IMG/VR virus record: IMGVR_UViG_3300032893_000028
Span: 9,972-73,971 of that record
DNA: 64,000 bases
Reading direction: 5' to 3' (one strand)
From: a virus
Part shown: piece after piece, positions 40,925 through 50,208 of the stretch
How positions within the stretch are numbered: position 1 is the stretch's first letter
How the letters are laid out: each line of letters begins with the position of its first letter
Position numbers and translations under genes: made by a program
Notes under the pieces: model-generated
Told to the model about the DNA's origin: nothing
What the model saw: only the letters and a program-made list of their open reading frames with translations
The model's database searches: none

Positions 40925-40964
40925 AACCTAGACTCCTCTGTCGCGTTCGTCAACTAAAATCTTT
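40925..40964 (-). promoter_or_regulatory. Promoter motif copy 7 (TTGACG-17-TAGGTT)
   Basis: AGATTTTAGTTGACGAAC. Confidence 0.7.
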
Positions 40965-42833
40965 CTATCCGCCGCACCGCTCGTCTTCCTCGACGAAATC
41001 TAGGCCGACCTTGTCGGCGTAGTAGAGGCGCTGGGGCTCCTTGGTCTCCGTGTCGCGCCACGCCTCGCGCCAGGCGGCGCAGAGCGCATTGCGCAGCGCG
41101 CGGTCGCCGACGTGCACGGCGCACTCGACCTCCTCGGCGCGCTGGCCGGCGCGGTGCCAGCGCCCGAGGAGCTGCTCCCAGCGGCCGTTGGATGACGGCG
41201 GGGTCAGGACCAGGCCCCGGCGGAAGTGCTGCAGGTTCTTGCCCGTGCCATGCGCAGCGATGCTGGCGGCGCAGGCCGGCCCGCGGAACTCGACGATCTG
41301 GTCGCCCTCCGAGCCGGCGCGGAAGACCGGCAGCCCGCGCGAGGCCAGCTTCTCGCCGACAGCGCGGTGGTCGTACCAGACGACCAGCGGCCCCGCGCCC
41401 TCGCCGACCGCGCGCTCGACGTCGCGCCAGACCAGCTCGCGGTCGAGCCAGACCGTCTCCTTGGGCGGCTCGGGCCGGTAACGGTCGGCGACGGCGAGCC
41501 ACGCGGCGTATTCGGCCGACTGCACCTCGCCGCGCTCGACCGCCCGGCGGAGCAGCTCCGGCGAGTCGCAGCCCGAGCGCGAGCGGCGCGAGAGCCAATC
41601 GCGCTGGAATCCGCGCCAGGCCGCGCGGGCGTCGAGCCACTCCTGGTCCTTGCCGTTCGGCCACACCCAGCGGTAGTAGAAGCCGAGGTAGAGCTGCTTG
41701 GCGAAGCGCGCCACCTCCTTGGCGTCGACCAGGTCCTGACCGCCGACGGACCACAGCTTGCGCAGTTCGGCGAGCGCTGCGGCGACTGGGGCCGACTCGG
41801 GCATAGTCCGGCCGCGCAGCATCAGCCGGCAGTCGACCGATGCGCCGGACGTGGCCACGACACCCGGAGTCTCGGTCGCGCGGCGGCGGAAGATGCGCCA
41901 GGCGACGAGGCGGCGCACGGTCAAAGCCGAAGAGTGGTCCGAGACGAAGAGCTGTTGTTCTTCGTGCGATAGCTTGCTTATTTCGCCTTCCAGGTCCGCC
42001 GGGCCGCAGAGGTCGAGCAGTGCGCCGGGCTCTATCGGGTCGGCGCCGGCCTCGGGGTTGGGGTCCACGGCCCGGCCCCAATCGTCGGCCTCGTGGAAGC
42101 TGCGCGGGACGTGGGAGAGCGCGCGGAGCGACCGCGCGGGGAGCCGGCGCGAGCGCTTGACGCCCTTGGAGCCGAGCGTGCCCGATAAGAAGCAGACCGG
42201 CGCGTCGGGGCGCGCGTCGGCCTCGCGCCAGAAGCGCTCGGAGCGCACCGAGTCGTTCTCGAGCGTGTGCGCCTCGTTGCAGATGAAAGCGTCGGGGTCG
42301 AGGCGCTCGAGCACGTCGCCCTTCGAGGTCGAGGAGAGCTCGGAGTAGGAGACGACGCCGACGATCCGGTCGAGCGGCAGGCGAAAGTGACGGCCGTAGC
42401 GGGGGAGGTCCACGTCGAGCATCTGCGACTTGAGTCTGGCCTCGGTCAGGATGACGGCGCGCCGGGCCTGGAGCGCGTCGGGCAGGAGGAGGCAGGCGAG
42501 CTCCTTGCCATGCCCGACGCCGACCGGGGCATAGAGCCCCCCGACGCGCTCGGCCTCGAGCAGCACGGCCGACTGTATGGGGCGCAGGCGCGGCTGGCGC
42601 GGGTGACCGTCGGGGTCGCGGCAGAGGTCGCAGCCGGGGCAGTCGGCGTTGGGGATTAACCAGATGGGCGTGAGGTCGACGGCGGCGGGGTCAAGGACGC
42701 GGCGCGGGAGGGTCGAGATCCGCTTCCACTCCGAGGACCGCCCGACGCCCTTGGCCGCCAGCGCGCGGTCGGCGAGCGTGCCGCGCTTGATGGCGACGCC
42801 GGTCTTCTCGCGGAGGAGGTCGGAGAGGGACAC
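40965..42833 (-). CDS. SF2-like helicase with atypical Walker B
   Basis: 'LRPIQ', 'VGVGHGKE', 'CNEAH', 'LSGT', 'GTGKNLQ', 'EQLLGRWHRAGQ'. Confidence 0.8.
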   Translation of the reverse strand: MSLSDLLREKTGVAIKRGTLADRALAAKGVGRSSEWKRISTLPRRVLDPAAVDLTPIWLIPNADCPGCDLCRDPDGHPRQPRLRPIQSAVLLEAERVGGLYAPVGVGHGKELACLLLPDALQARRAVILTEARLKSQMLDVDLPRYGRHFRLPLDRIVGVVSYSELSSTSKGDVLERLDPDAFICNEAHTLENDSVRSERFWREADARPDAPVCFLSGTLGSKGVKRSRRLPARSLRALSHVPRSFHEADDWGRAVDPNPEAGADPIEPGALLDLCGPADLEGEISKLSHEEQQLFVSDHSSALTVRRLVAWRIFRRRATETPGVVATSGASVDCRLMLRGRTMPESAPVAAALAELRKLWSVGGQDLVDAKEVARFAKQLYLGFYYRWVWPNGKDQEWLDARAAWRGFQRDWLSRRSRSGCDSPELLRRAVERGEVQSAEYAAWLAVADRYRPEPPKETVWLDRELVWRDVERAVGEGAGPLVVWYDHRAVGEKLASRGLPVFRAGSEGDQIVEFRGPACAASIAAHGTGKNLQHFRRGLVLTPPSSNGRWEQLLGRWHRAGQRAEEVECAVHVGDRALRNALCAAWREAWRDTETKEPQRLYYADKVGLDFVEEDERCGG

Positions 42834-42836
42834 GAG

Positions 42837-43055
42837 TTAGCGGAGGCCCACTTCGCCCAGCTTACGGGACAGGATGGCGCCTTCGGCATGGTCAGACCAT
42901 CCAACAATGTGCCAGCCCCGAGACCCATATTCGCGATCAATACGTGAGAGAAAATCGGGGATGGACTCGTCGTCAGCTAGATGCTGATTCCATCCAGAGC
43001 CTACCGATTTTCTACGACTCCATGCGACGAACATATGCTCATAGCGCTGCATCAT
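42837..43055 (-). CDS. DUF4177-like small protein
   Basis: 'QRYEH...YGSRGWHIVG'. Confidence 0.5.
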   Translation of the reverse strand: MMQRYEHMFVAWSRRKSVGSGWNQHLADDESIPDFLSRIDREYGSRGWHIVGWSDHAEGAILSRKLGEVGLR

Positions 43056-44050
43056 TTCTCCCACGGCAGCCGCTCGACCTCGCACCCGGCCGCGCGGTGG
43101 TGGCCGCCCCCGCCGAAGGCCTTGGCGATGGCGGAGACGTCGGGGGCGGTCCGAACGGCGACAGTACGCATGCCGATGTATACGTTCTCTGGGTGTAGCT
43201 CCTCCGAATCTACGTCCCGGCTGCGCAGCGACACGCGCCACTTGCCCGACGGGCCGTCCTTGTAGTAGACGACCCCAATCGCATCGAAGCCCCGGCGCGC
43301 GGACTCGAGCGCGAGCGCCTCGCCAACCTCGCTCTGCAGGACCGAGGAGCAGGCGGCGAGGGCACTCGCGAACTTCACCGGACCGAAAGACGCGTCACCA
43401 TTCTCGACGATTGGATCGATGTATTCGATCTCCACCTCCTCCGCGGTCGCGACGATGCGCTCGACCATGAGGCGCTCGGCGCGGAGGATGACGGCGCCGT
43501 CCTGCATGAGCGACTCGCTGATCGGGCTGAATCTACAATCATTATAAATTGGGATCAGCGCGCGGAAGTCCGTCAGCGCGCCGGAGGCCGCGAGCGCCGC
43601 CGAGACCTCCTTCGAGTGCGGCAGCTCCCAGCGCCAGAGATCGCGGTCCTGGACGTAGGCGAACAGCTCGGGGAGCATTGTTTCGTTTCGCGACGTCGTA
43701 CGCCCGTGGAATCGGAACCACGCCAGCGCCGCGCCCGAGTGGTCCATGTCGAACGTGCAGAACTCAAGTCCCTCGCAGTCGGCCTTCGCCGACTTGTGGT
43801 GGTCGATCACTTCGAGATGTCCACCGTCCGGCGACGCGCACGCCGCCGCCATCCGCTCCAGTTCCGCCCGCGGGTACGAGAAGTCGAGCACGTATACGTC
43901 GCGCCCGCGCACCTCGTCGTCCGTCGGCGCCGGGTCACCGTAGCTCGCCGGGCGGTACTCGGCCTCGTCGCCGAACTTGAGCCAGGCCGCGAGCGCCGCG
44001 GCGGCGCCGTCGAGGCAGCCCTTGTGGTAGATAATGAGGGGCTTGCTCAC
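43052..44050 (-). CDS. DHH/DHHA1 phosphoesterase
   Basis: 'YHKGCLDG', 'LDFS', 'IDHH', 'SGAALAW', 'VQDRDLW', 'SLRS', 'GGGGH..AAG'. Confidence 0.9.
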   Translation of the reverse strand: MSKPLIIYHKGCLDGAAAALAAWLKFGDEAEYRPASYGDPAPTDDEVRGRDVYVLDFSYPRAELERMAAACASPDGGHLEVIDHHKSAKADCEGLEFCTFDMDHSGAALAWFRFHGRTTSRNETMLPELFAYVQDRDLWRWELPHSKEVSAALAASGALTDFRALIPIYNDCRFSPISESLMQDGAVILRAERLMVERIVATAEEVEIEYIDPIVENGDASFGPVKFASALAACSSVLQSEVGEALALESARRGFDAIGVVYYKDGPSGKWRVSLRSRDVDSEELHPENVYIGMRTVAVRTAPDVSAIAKAFGGGGHHRAAGCEVERLPWEK

Positions 44051-44319
44051 GACGACACCGCCGCCAGCAGCTTCTCGAGCTGACGGATCTTTCCGATCGC
44101 CAATCGCTTTCTCCTGAACGCTCCGAAGAAGACGCGCCTGCCGCGCGCGTCGACCTTCGAGACGACGAAACGGCGATACGACGAGCGCGTGATGCGGTAG
44201 CCGCTCGGCGAGCGGATGTCGCTCCGATTGGCCCACCAGCCCTCGGGAATGCCATACTTCTTCTCGTAGGCGCGCACGGCGCGCTCCACGAATGTTTCAC
44301 GACACAGCATCTTCTTCAC
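44047..44319 (-). CDS. Hypothetical basic protein
   Basis: Coupled ORF. Confidence 0.5.
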   Translation of the reverse strand: MKKMLCRETFVERAVRAYEKKYGIPEGWWANRSDIRSPSGYRITRSSYRRFVVSKVDARGRRVFFGAFRRKRLAIGKIRQLEKLLAAVSS

Positions 44320-44321
44320 GC

Positions 44322-44483
44322 TCAGACCTCCCCGTGCGGCGCGAGCAGATCGGCCGCGATTCGCTTCCCCGGCAGCGCGCAGACGCGCACCACCCTGTAG
44401 CCCATCTCCTCCAGCGATCGGAGCGCGCGGTCGCGCGGCCCCGGCGCGCCCTCGACCGTCACGCGCAGGCGCGGGCGCTTCAT
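44322..44483 (-). CDS. Hypothetical 53-aa protein (MKRPRLRV...)
   Basis: ATGA overlap with the orphaned exonuclease 3' end. Confidence 0.5.
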   Translation of the reverse strand: MKRPRLRVTVEGAPGPRDRALRSLEEMGYRVVRVCALPGKRIAADLLAPHGEV

Positions 44484-44584
44484 CGCCCCTTCGCCTGCAC
44501 CACGACCGCCGCGTGCGGGCGCAGGACGTCGAGCGCGACCTGCTGCGCGGGGCTGGACGAGTCGACCGCGAGCACGGCCGGCGT
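44480..44584 (-). pseudogene. Orphaned duplicate 3' end of the exonuclease gene
   Basis: Encodes TPAVLAVDSSSPAQQVALDVLRPHAAVVVQAKGR*, matching the C-terminus of 45077-47236. Confidence 0.85.
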
Positions 44585-44585
44585 A

Positions 44586-45071
44586 TTATTCAACATGTTT
44601 CCATGCCTTTCTCTGTCTTATGTGACGAATAGTGTTTCTCGCGACACCTAATTGCGCCGCGAGTGAACGTGAGCCTACTTTCGATTCACGAATTTGACGC
44701 ACTTGCTCGTCGGTGAATTTGGCATTGGCATGCTTCTCTCCGCGTCGAAGATGCCCGCTATTTCTGATACCAGCTGCCGTCCTACCTCTATCTTGCCGGT
44801 CTTTTACGTTGTCTTTATGCGTACCGAGGTAAAGGTGATCTGGTCTCACGCAAAGACGGGTATCGCAGGTATGTAATACGCACATGTCTGGCGAAACAGG
44901 AACGCCTTGCGCAAGTTCCCACGCCACTCGATGAGCAGATACCAGCTTGTGTCCCACTCGAATTTGCCCGTACCCATGTAGAGTTTTCTTGGCCGTCCAC
45001 AGCCAACAAGTGGCTGTCATACGAACCTTCTTCCAGAAACGGATCTCCAAGGGCCGGGCATTAGGATGCAT
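44586..45071 (-). CDS. HNH homing endonuclease
   Basis: 'RFWKKV..TCWLW..GYG', 'AHRVAW', 'HTCDTRLCVRPDHLYLGT..DN'; low GC. Confidence 0.9.
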   Translation of the reverse strand: MHPNARPLEIRFWKKVRMTATCWLWTAKKTLHGYGQIRVGHKLVSAHRVAWELAQGVPVSPDMCVLHTCDTRLCVRPDHLYLGTHKDNVKDRQDRGRTAAGIRNSGHLRRGEKHANAKFTDEQVRQIRESKVGSRSLAAQLGVARNTIRHIRQRKAWKHVE

Positions 45072-45076
45072 AGCGC

Positions 45077-47236
45077 TTATAGCCCTTTGACGATGCTTGC
45101 CGCGTGCGGGGTGAGAACCTCCAATGCGACCTGCTGCGCAGGGCTGCTAGAATTGATGCACAAGACGGCGGGACAAGAATCGAGAGTTTCGCGCAGGGCC
45201 GCCGCGAGGACGGCTCGGCCGGTACCGAAGGGCGCGAGGAAGACATCGTCGAGCGGCGCGGGCTTGCCGCTGTCGCGGTCGACGTGCGCGAGGGCCGCCA
45301 GCTCGGCGATGGGCCCGATCCAGTCGGCCGCGTCGACCACGCCGGCCTTATGCGGGCCCTTGACGGGGTGGCAGTCGACATAGATGGTCGGCGCGACCGC
45401 GGGCACCTTCGGGGGCGCCTTGCGCAGGGCCTTGATGTGCTCCTGGACGCGGTCGAGCTGGTGGCCGATGGCCTTCTCCGTCTCCTTCGCGATCTGCTCG
45501 ATCGCCGGCGCCTTCTCGGCGACTTGCGCCTGCGCGCGTTCGTTCGGCGCCGCCGTGAAGTGGTTGTTGACGATGGTGACCGGCTGCGCTGGCGGTGTCG
45601 ACGTCGGAAGCGGCTCACGTCCTTCCTTCACCAGCTGCTCGCGCACCATCGTGTGCGCCGGGTGCTCGGTGAGCTGGCCGCTAGCCGCTGGCGGCCCGCT
45701 GTTCTTGTACCAGGCCTCCTTATTCGGCTCGAGCGCGACGCCGGCCACGATGGGGACTTTCTCCTGCTCTGGCTCGGGGGCCGGAGTCGGCGCGGCCTTG
45801 GCCGGCGCAGGCTGGCGCAGCATACCAGGCGTGATCTTGCCGGCGAGGGCGTCCTCGATGGCGCCATCCTTCATGAGCCGCTCGACCTCGTTGAGCGAGA
45901 ATCCGCGCTTTTCGTTCAGCTCGCCGTAGATGCGCAGCATCTCCGCCGGGTCCGTCGCCGCTTTCTTCGGCCGGCCGCGCTTCTTGGTCTTCTCCTCGGC
46001 TGCGTCCGATTCGGCGCTCGTCGACGTGCGAGGGGGCGCGTCGGGCGGCAGGACGCGGCCGGGCTCGCAGACCGTGCAGGCGTGGCCGGGCTCGACCGGG
46101 ATGAAGCCCTGCCCGTTTGAGCTCGCGTAGTGGCCGTTGCCGTTGCAGGGCTGGCCGCTCTTGTAGCCCGCGTCCTTCGGTAGGACATCGCCCGGGTGGG
46201 CGTGGTTGGGGTTGGCGGGCTGGTAGCCCGCTGCCGTCGAAGCCTGCTCCTGCGTCGGAATCGGCTGTACGACGACGTACGACTGCCCCTCCTTCGTCAC
46301 CATCGGCTGACTCACGACCGCCTGCGTCGCCGTTCCATTCGCCGCGTTCGCCTGCGCGGCCTTGGCCGCGTTCAACCTGTCGATCAGACTCATCCCGCTC
46401 ATGGTCTTCTTCCTTCCTCCTAAGACGTCCAACCCACAGCGCGCGCGGAAGTGGCACCCGCCGAACCGCTCGCACCCGGTCTTTCCGAACTCGTCCACGT
46501 CCAGCGCTCCCAGCGCCGGCAGGTCCTCGAAGCTCGCCGCCTCCTTGGCCGCCTGCACCATCGCCCGCACGCCGTCGTGCAGCGAGGCCCACTGCGCCAT
46601 GACGTGGTCGCGGTCCATCTCCGCCGGCTCCGACAGCCGCGCGCCCCGGAAGCGGTAGCCCACGGGGTGCTTGGCGTCCTTGTCGAACTTCGCCGTGACG
46701 TGGCGGGCGCGCACGCGCTTGACCTCGGGGATGGTCCACAGCCAGGCCGAATAGCTGATCGGCTGGATGTGCGCGCGGAGCTGCTCGGCCGTCTTGGCGT
46801 AGCGGAAGTCGGACGTGCTCTTGAGGTCGTCGACGAACACGTCCCCCGGCGCCGCCTCGTACAGGAAGTCCGGGTAGCCGACCAGCACCGGGCCGCCCTC
46901 GTACGTGGGCGTCACGATCTTTTGCTGGATGACCACGCCCGGCGGCAGGAGCTTGACGATCCCGTCGACGGCCTCCCGCCACCCGGGGTGCACCGCCTCG
47001 CCGCGGTAGTGCTTCTGCACCTCGTGGTCGACCGCCGTTCCGCGCGCCTGCGCGTCGGTCTGCGGCGCCCAGTCGCCCTCCACGTAGCCGCCGAACCACT
47101 GCCGCGGGCACTGGCCCCAGCGGTCCATGGCGCTGGCGCTCGTCGACTGCAGGACCTTGAGTCGGCGCTCGGCGTGCGCGTCGCGCACGAGAACGCCCGC
47201 AGCCCGCAGCCGCTCTTCTACCGATTCAGATGACAC
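45077..47236 (-). CDS. PD-(D/E)xK (RecB/Cas4-like) exonuclease with long C-terminal extension
   Basis: 'SASAM..W..CPRQW', 'RGTAV', 'GYPDF', 'VDDLKS', 'C..FGGCHF..RC'. Confidence 0.8.
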   Translation of the reverse strand: MSSESVEERLRAAGVLVRDAHAERRLKVLQSTSASAMDRWGQCPRQWFGGYVEGDWAPQTDAQARGTAVDHEVQKHYRGEAVHPGWREAVDGIVKLLPPGVVIQQKIVTPTYEGGPVLVGYPDFLYEAAPGDVFVDDLKSTSDFRYAKTAEQLRAHIQPISYSAWLWTIPEVKRVRARHVTAKFDKDAKHPVGYRFRGARLSEPAEMDRDHVMAQWASLHDGVRAMVQAAKEAASFEDLPALGALDVDEFGKTGCERFGGCHFRARCGLDVLGGRKKTMSGMSLIDRLNAAKAAQANAANGTATQAVVSQPMVTKEGQSYVVVQPIPTQEQASTAAGYQPANPNHAHPGDVLPKDAGYKSGQPCNGNGHYASSNGQGFIPVEPGHACTVCEPGRVLPPDAPPRTSTSAESDAAEEKTKKRGRPKKAATDPAEMLRIYGELNEKRGFSLNEVERLMKDGAIEDALAGKITPGMLRQPAPAKAAPTPAPEPEQEKVPIVAGVALEPNKEAWYKNSGPPAASGQLTEHPAHTMVREQLVKEGREPLPTSTPPAQPVTIVNNHFTAAPNERAQAQVAEKAPAIEQIAKETEKAIGHQLDRVQEHIKALRKAPPKVPAVAPTIYVDCHPVKGPHKAGVVDAADWIGPIAELAALAHVDRDSGKPAPLDDVFLAPFGTGRAVLAAALRETLDSCPAVLCINSSSPAQQVALEVLTPHAASIVKGL

Positions 47237-47245
47237 GCGTCCCCC

Positions 47246-47286
47246 ACCTTGCCCGCGATGCGGGTGTTCGTCAACTAAAATCTACT
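47246..47286 (-). promoter_or_regulatory. Promoter motif copy 8 (TTGACG-17-CAAGGT)
   Basis: AGATTTTAGTTGACGAAC. Confidence 0.65.
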
Positions 47287-47767
47287 TATCCCAGTCGGGC
47301 CCGAGGGTGCGGTACTCGATTTTATGGCACGCCAGATCATCGGGCAGTACGGCTTGACGCAACAGCGTCTTGGCGTGCTCCTCGCCCGCGCGCATCCCGC
47401 GCGACCAGCCAAGGTCCGTGTAGAACGCGGTCGCATGCATCGCCTCGCGCATGGCGAAGCCGGCGCGAATGCCCAGCTCGCGCTCCTCGGGGACGTCGTC
47501 GCGCAGCACCCCCGGCAGCGTCAGAAGCCCATGCGACGCGTACGGCGTTTCCCCACGCCTGACGCAGTCGCGCAGGCAAGCCGCGAGGTAGCGGGCGTTG
47601 CGCGTGGCTTCCCATTTTCGCCTGTCCGCGGCGGTACAATGCGCGCACCCACAATCCCACGCATAACCGCCATACCCTTTGACTTGGACGTAGGGGCTCC
47701 CCTTGCACCCGCCCTCGGGCAGCGGCGTCTGCGGCGCGAAGGGCGACTCGACATGCACGCGCCTCAC
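47282..47767 (-). CDS. Nucleoside 2-deoxyribosyltransferase-like phage protein
   Basis: 'VESPFA', 'RGETPYASH.L', 'ERELGI', 'YTDLGWSRGM'. Confidence 0.65.
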   Translation of the reverse strand: MRRVHVESPFAPQTPLPEGGCKGSPYVQVKGYGGYAWDCGCAHCTAADRRKWEATRNARYLAACLRDCVRRGETPYASHGLLTLPGVLRDDVPEERELGIRAGFAMREAMHATAFYTDLGWSRGMRAGEEHAKTLLRQAVLPDDLACHKIEYRTLGPDWDK

Positions 47768-48164
47768 GCCGGTCTCCGCTCGCGCATGCGCGCCCGCAGG
47801 CGCGCGGCCACCCATGACGGCGACCTGCCCGTCGCGGCCTCGACCTCGCGGTCGAGCAGGATCTCGTCGACGCCGCAGGAGCAGTCGACGCGGAAGATCC
47901 CATGCCCGTCGTCGAACGTGACCAGACTGTGGCCCATGGCCTCATGCCCGGGCAAGAGCGCCGCGAGGATCTCGCGGGACGTGGACTTGTCGTCGATGAT
48001 GTTCGGGGCGTCGACGCAGCCGTTGGCGTTCAGCTTCCTCATTCGTCGCAATCCCAATCAGTAGGCAACGGCCGACCGCACGTCGGGCACGCGAATGTGA
48101 TCTCGTACTCGACGGCCTCTTGGTCGTCGGTCTCGTCCATGAACGGAAAACTGAGCTGCGTCAC
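47764..48164 (-). CDS. Two small ORFs (47764-48042, 48039-48164) with Cys pairs
   Basis: Coupled overlaps. Confidence 0.45.
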
Positions 48165-49432
48165 GTCGTCTCCTCCGCGGCCTCGGCCGCATCCTTGATC
48201 TTGTAGCCGAGCGCCTCTTGCTCCGCCTTCCATTCCGCCTTGCGGCGGCGCATGAGCTTGAGGTACGCCTCGTAACCCTCGGACTTCTGTTGCGAGAAGC
48301 CCAGTCCCTTGCCCCAGTAGTCGTTGCGCAGGAGCGACTTGCACACGCGCCGCCACGACGGCGCCTTGCGCTGCGCCTCCATGTCGTAGTCGGCCTCGTC
48401 GGGGATCCCCTTCGGGTACCCGCGTTCGGTCCACCACTTCTCGAACAAGAGCACCTTGTTTCGGTAGTGCTCGCGCGACTTGGGCGGCATGCTGGCGACG
48501 AGGAGCTCGGCGAAGCTGCGCCACGTGTGCCCCGGCGGCTTGGTCACGCGCCGGTAGCCATTGATGTTGCCCCACTCCTGGACGTACAGAGCGCCGCCGT
48601 TGGCGCCGTTGACGCGCGCCACGACGCGGGCCCATGTCTGCGGCTCGACGACGTGGTACAGCCACAAGTTGCGCCGTTGGTCGTCGCCGTAGGGCTGGCA
48701 GATGCGCATCTGGTGCGGCGTCAATCCGGCCTGATGCATGAGGTCGTAGAGCCGATTGTGCCTCCGCTCGGGCCACTTGGCGTGGTACGTCCAGAGGTCG
48801 TCGACGTGCCAGTCGTAGATCGGGTAGACGTTGTAGAGCTGCTGCTCGCCGACGCGCGACGTCCAGCGCCATCCCCGCCACGTCTCTTTGTCGGAGAGTG
48901 CGATCGTGCGGAACCGATTGAGTGACTCGTCCGTGCGGATGCCGACGAAGCACGCGCACCGCTCGCCCTGCGCATACCACTCGCCGAAGAACGGCACGAA
49001 CTCCTCGAACTCCATCGACCGCCAGAAGAAGGGGAAGAACTTCTCGTCGGTGATGGCGAAGTCCGGCGGCTGGCGCACCCACGCCTCGCGCGCCTCGGGG
49101 TCCCAGCAGGTCCAGAAGGGCTCGTAGACCGAGACCGCATTGCGCAGGTGAATGGGCAGGCAGCACCAGAAGGGCTCCGTGCAGTCGGCGTACTCGCGGA
49201 AGAGCGCCTCGCCGTGCTCCATCGTCACGCCGAATTGCGCCTCTAGATCGATGAGCAGCAGGCCGAACTTGCGCCCGCGCTTGCGCGCCTCGTCGGCGAC
49301 AAGGTGCAGCATCACCGTCGAGTCCTTGCCGGCCGAAAAGCTGAGGTACACGCGTGGGAACTCGTCGAACACGCGCGCGATGCGCTCGCGAGCGGCGGTG
49401 AGCACGTCGACGTCTAGGTATCGCTTAAGCAC
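48161..49432 (-). CDS. PAPS-reductase-like DUF3440 protein (IbrA/YbdN family)
   Basis: PP-loop 'SFSAGKDS', 'IDLEAQ', 'GIRTDESLNR', 'YPIYDW', 'MRICQPYGDDQR', 'PSWRRVCK.LLRND'. Confidence 0.9.
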   Translation of the reverse strand: MLKRYLDVDVLTAARERIARVFDEFPRVYLSFSAGKDSTVMLHLVADEARKRGRKFGLLLIDLEAQFGVTMEHGEALFREYADCTEPFWCCLPIHLRNAVSVYEPFWTCWDPEAREAWVRQPPDFAITDEKFFPFFWRSMEFEEFVPFFGEWYAQGERCACFVGIRTDESLNRFRTIALSDKETWRGWRWTSRVGEQQLYNVYPIYDWHVDDLWTYHAKWPERRHNRLYDLMHQAGLTPHQMRICQPYGDDQRRNLWLYHVVEPQTWARVVARVNGANGGALYVQEWGNINGYRRVTKPPGHTWRSFAELLVASMPPKSREHYRNKVLLFEKWWTERGYPKGIPDEADYDMEAQRKAPSWRRVCKSLLRNDYWGKGLGFSQQKSEGYEAYLKLMRRRKAEWKAEQEALGYKIKDAAEAAEETT

Positions 49433-49802
49433 GTGGGTCCCTCCATTCGGCGGCGCACTCCGCGGCGTCGCGATCGGCGCGCTCGCGCTCCTCGGGCGAC
49501 AGCTCCCAGTAGCCCGCGCGCATGAATTCCTCGGGGATGTGGGCGACCAGCGCCGCACCGGCGTGCGCCAGCCAGTTGGACTTATTGAGCGACGGCGTCG
49601 TGAAGGCGACGAGGCAACTCGTCGGCCACTCGGCCAGCGCCCGGCGCATGGCAGCGCGGAAGACATTCGAGTCGCGCAAGTGCGCTACGGCCATCGCGAG
49701 CCATCGGGCGCGCTCGGAGTCACCGGCGACGCGGCGCCACATGCCGGCGTGGAACTCCTCAAGGTCACGGTAGTCGGCGTAGAAGCGCGGCAGGCTAGGC
49801 AT
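49425..49802 (-). CDS. Small Trp-rich protein, paralog A
   Basis: 'YADYRDLEEFHAGMWR...EWPTSC...N...WL'. Confidence 0.75.
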   Translation of the reverse strand: MPSLPRFYADYRDLEEFHAGMWRRVAGDSERARWLAMAVAHLRDSNVFRAAMRRALAEWPTSCLVAFTTPSLNKSNWLAHAGAALVAHIPEEFMRAGYWELSPEERERADRDAAECAAEWRDPRA

Positions 49803-50208
49803 GAGCCGCCTTCCAGCACGCCTCGGCCTCGGCCGCGCACTCATCGGCGGCGAGTCGCTGCGCATCGGTCAGCTTCCACCAGGCGCGCCGGGTCAGGTGC
49901 TCGGGCACACCGTGGGCGATGCAGCACGCGGCGGCGCCGAACCAGGCGTAGTGGTTGCCGCGGCGGGTGAGCTCCGCCTTGCAGCTCGTCGGCCACTCGC
50001 GCAGCACGCGCGCCAGCGCGTTGCGGAAGCGATCGGGGTTACGCAGCAGGCGCACGGCCAGCGCGATGAGGTTGAGCTGGTGCGCCTCGCCCGACGCGCG
50101 CCGCCACATGCCGGCCTCGTACTCCTCGAGCTCGCGGTAGTCGGCGTAGTACCGCCCCCGCTCGGGCGCGCGCCCCGGGCCGATGAGGTCCCGCTCCCAG
50201 TTACCCAT
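49795..50208 (-). CDS. Small Trp-rich protein, paralog B
   Basis: 'YADYRELEEYEAGMWR...EWPTSC...N..AWF'. Confidence 0.75.
   Translation of the reverse strand: MGNWERDLIGPGRAPERGRYYADYRELEEYEAGMWRRASGEAHQLNLIALAVRLLRNPDRFRNALARVLREWPTSCKAELTRRGNHYAWFGAAACCIAHGVPEHLTRRAWWKLTDAQRLAADECAAEAEACWKAAHA

Noticed and set aside
45077-47236. Cas4-like nuclease as part of CRISPR-Cas
   Set aside because: No cas genes or repeat-spacer array were seen; typical phage recombination exonuclease context
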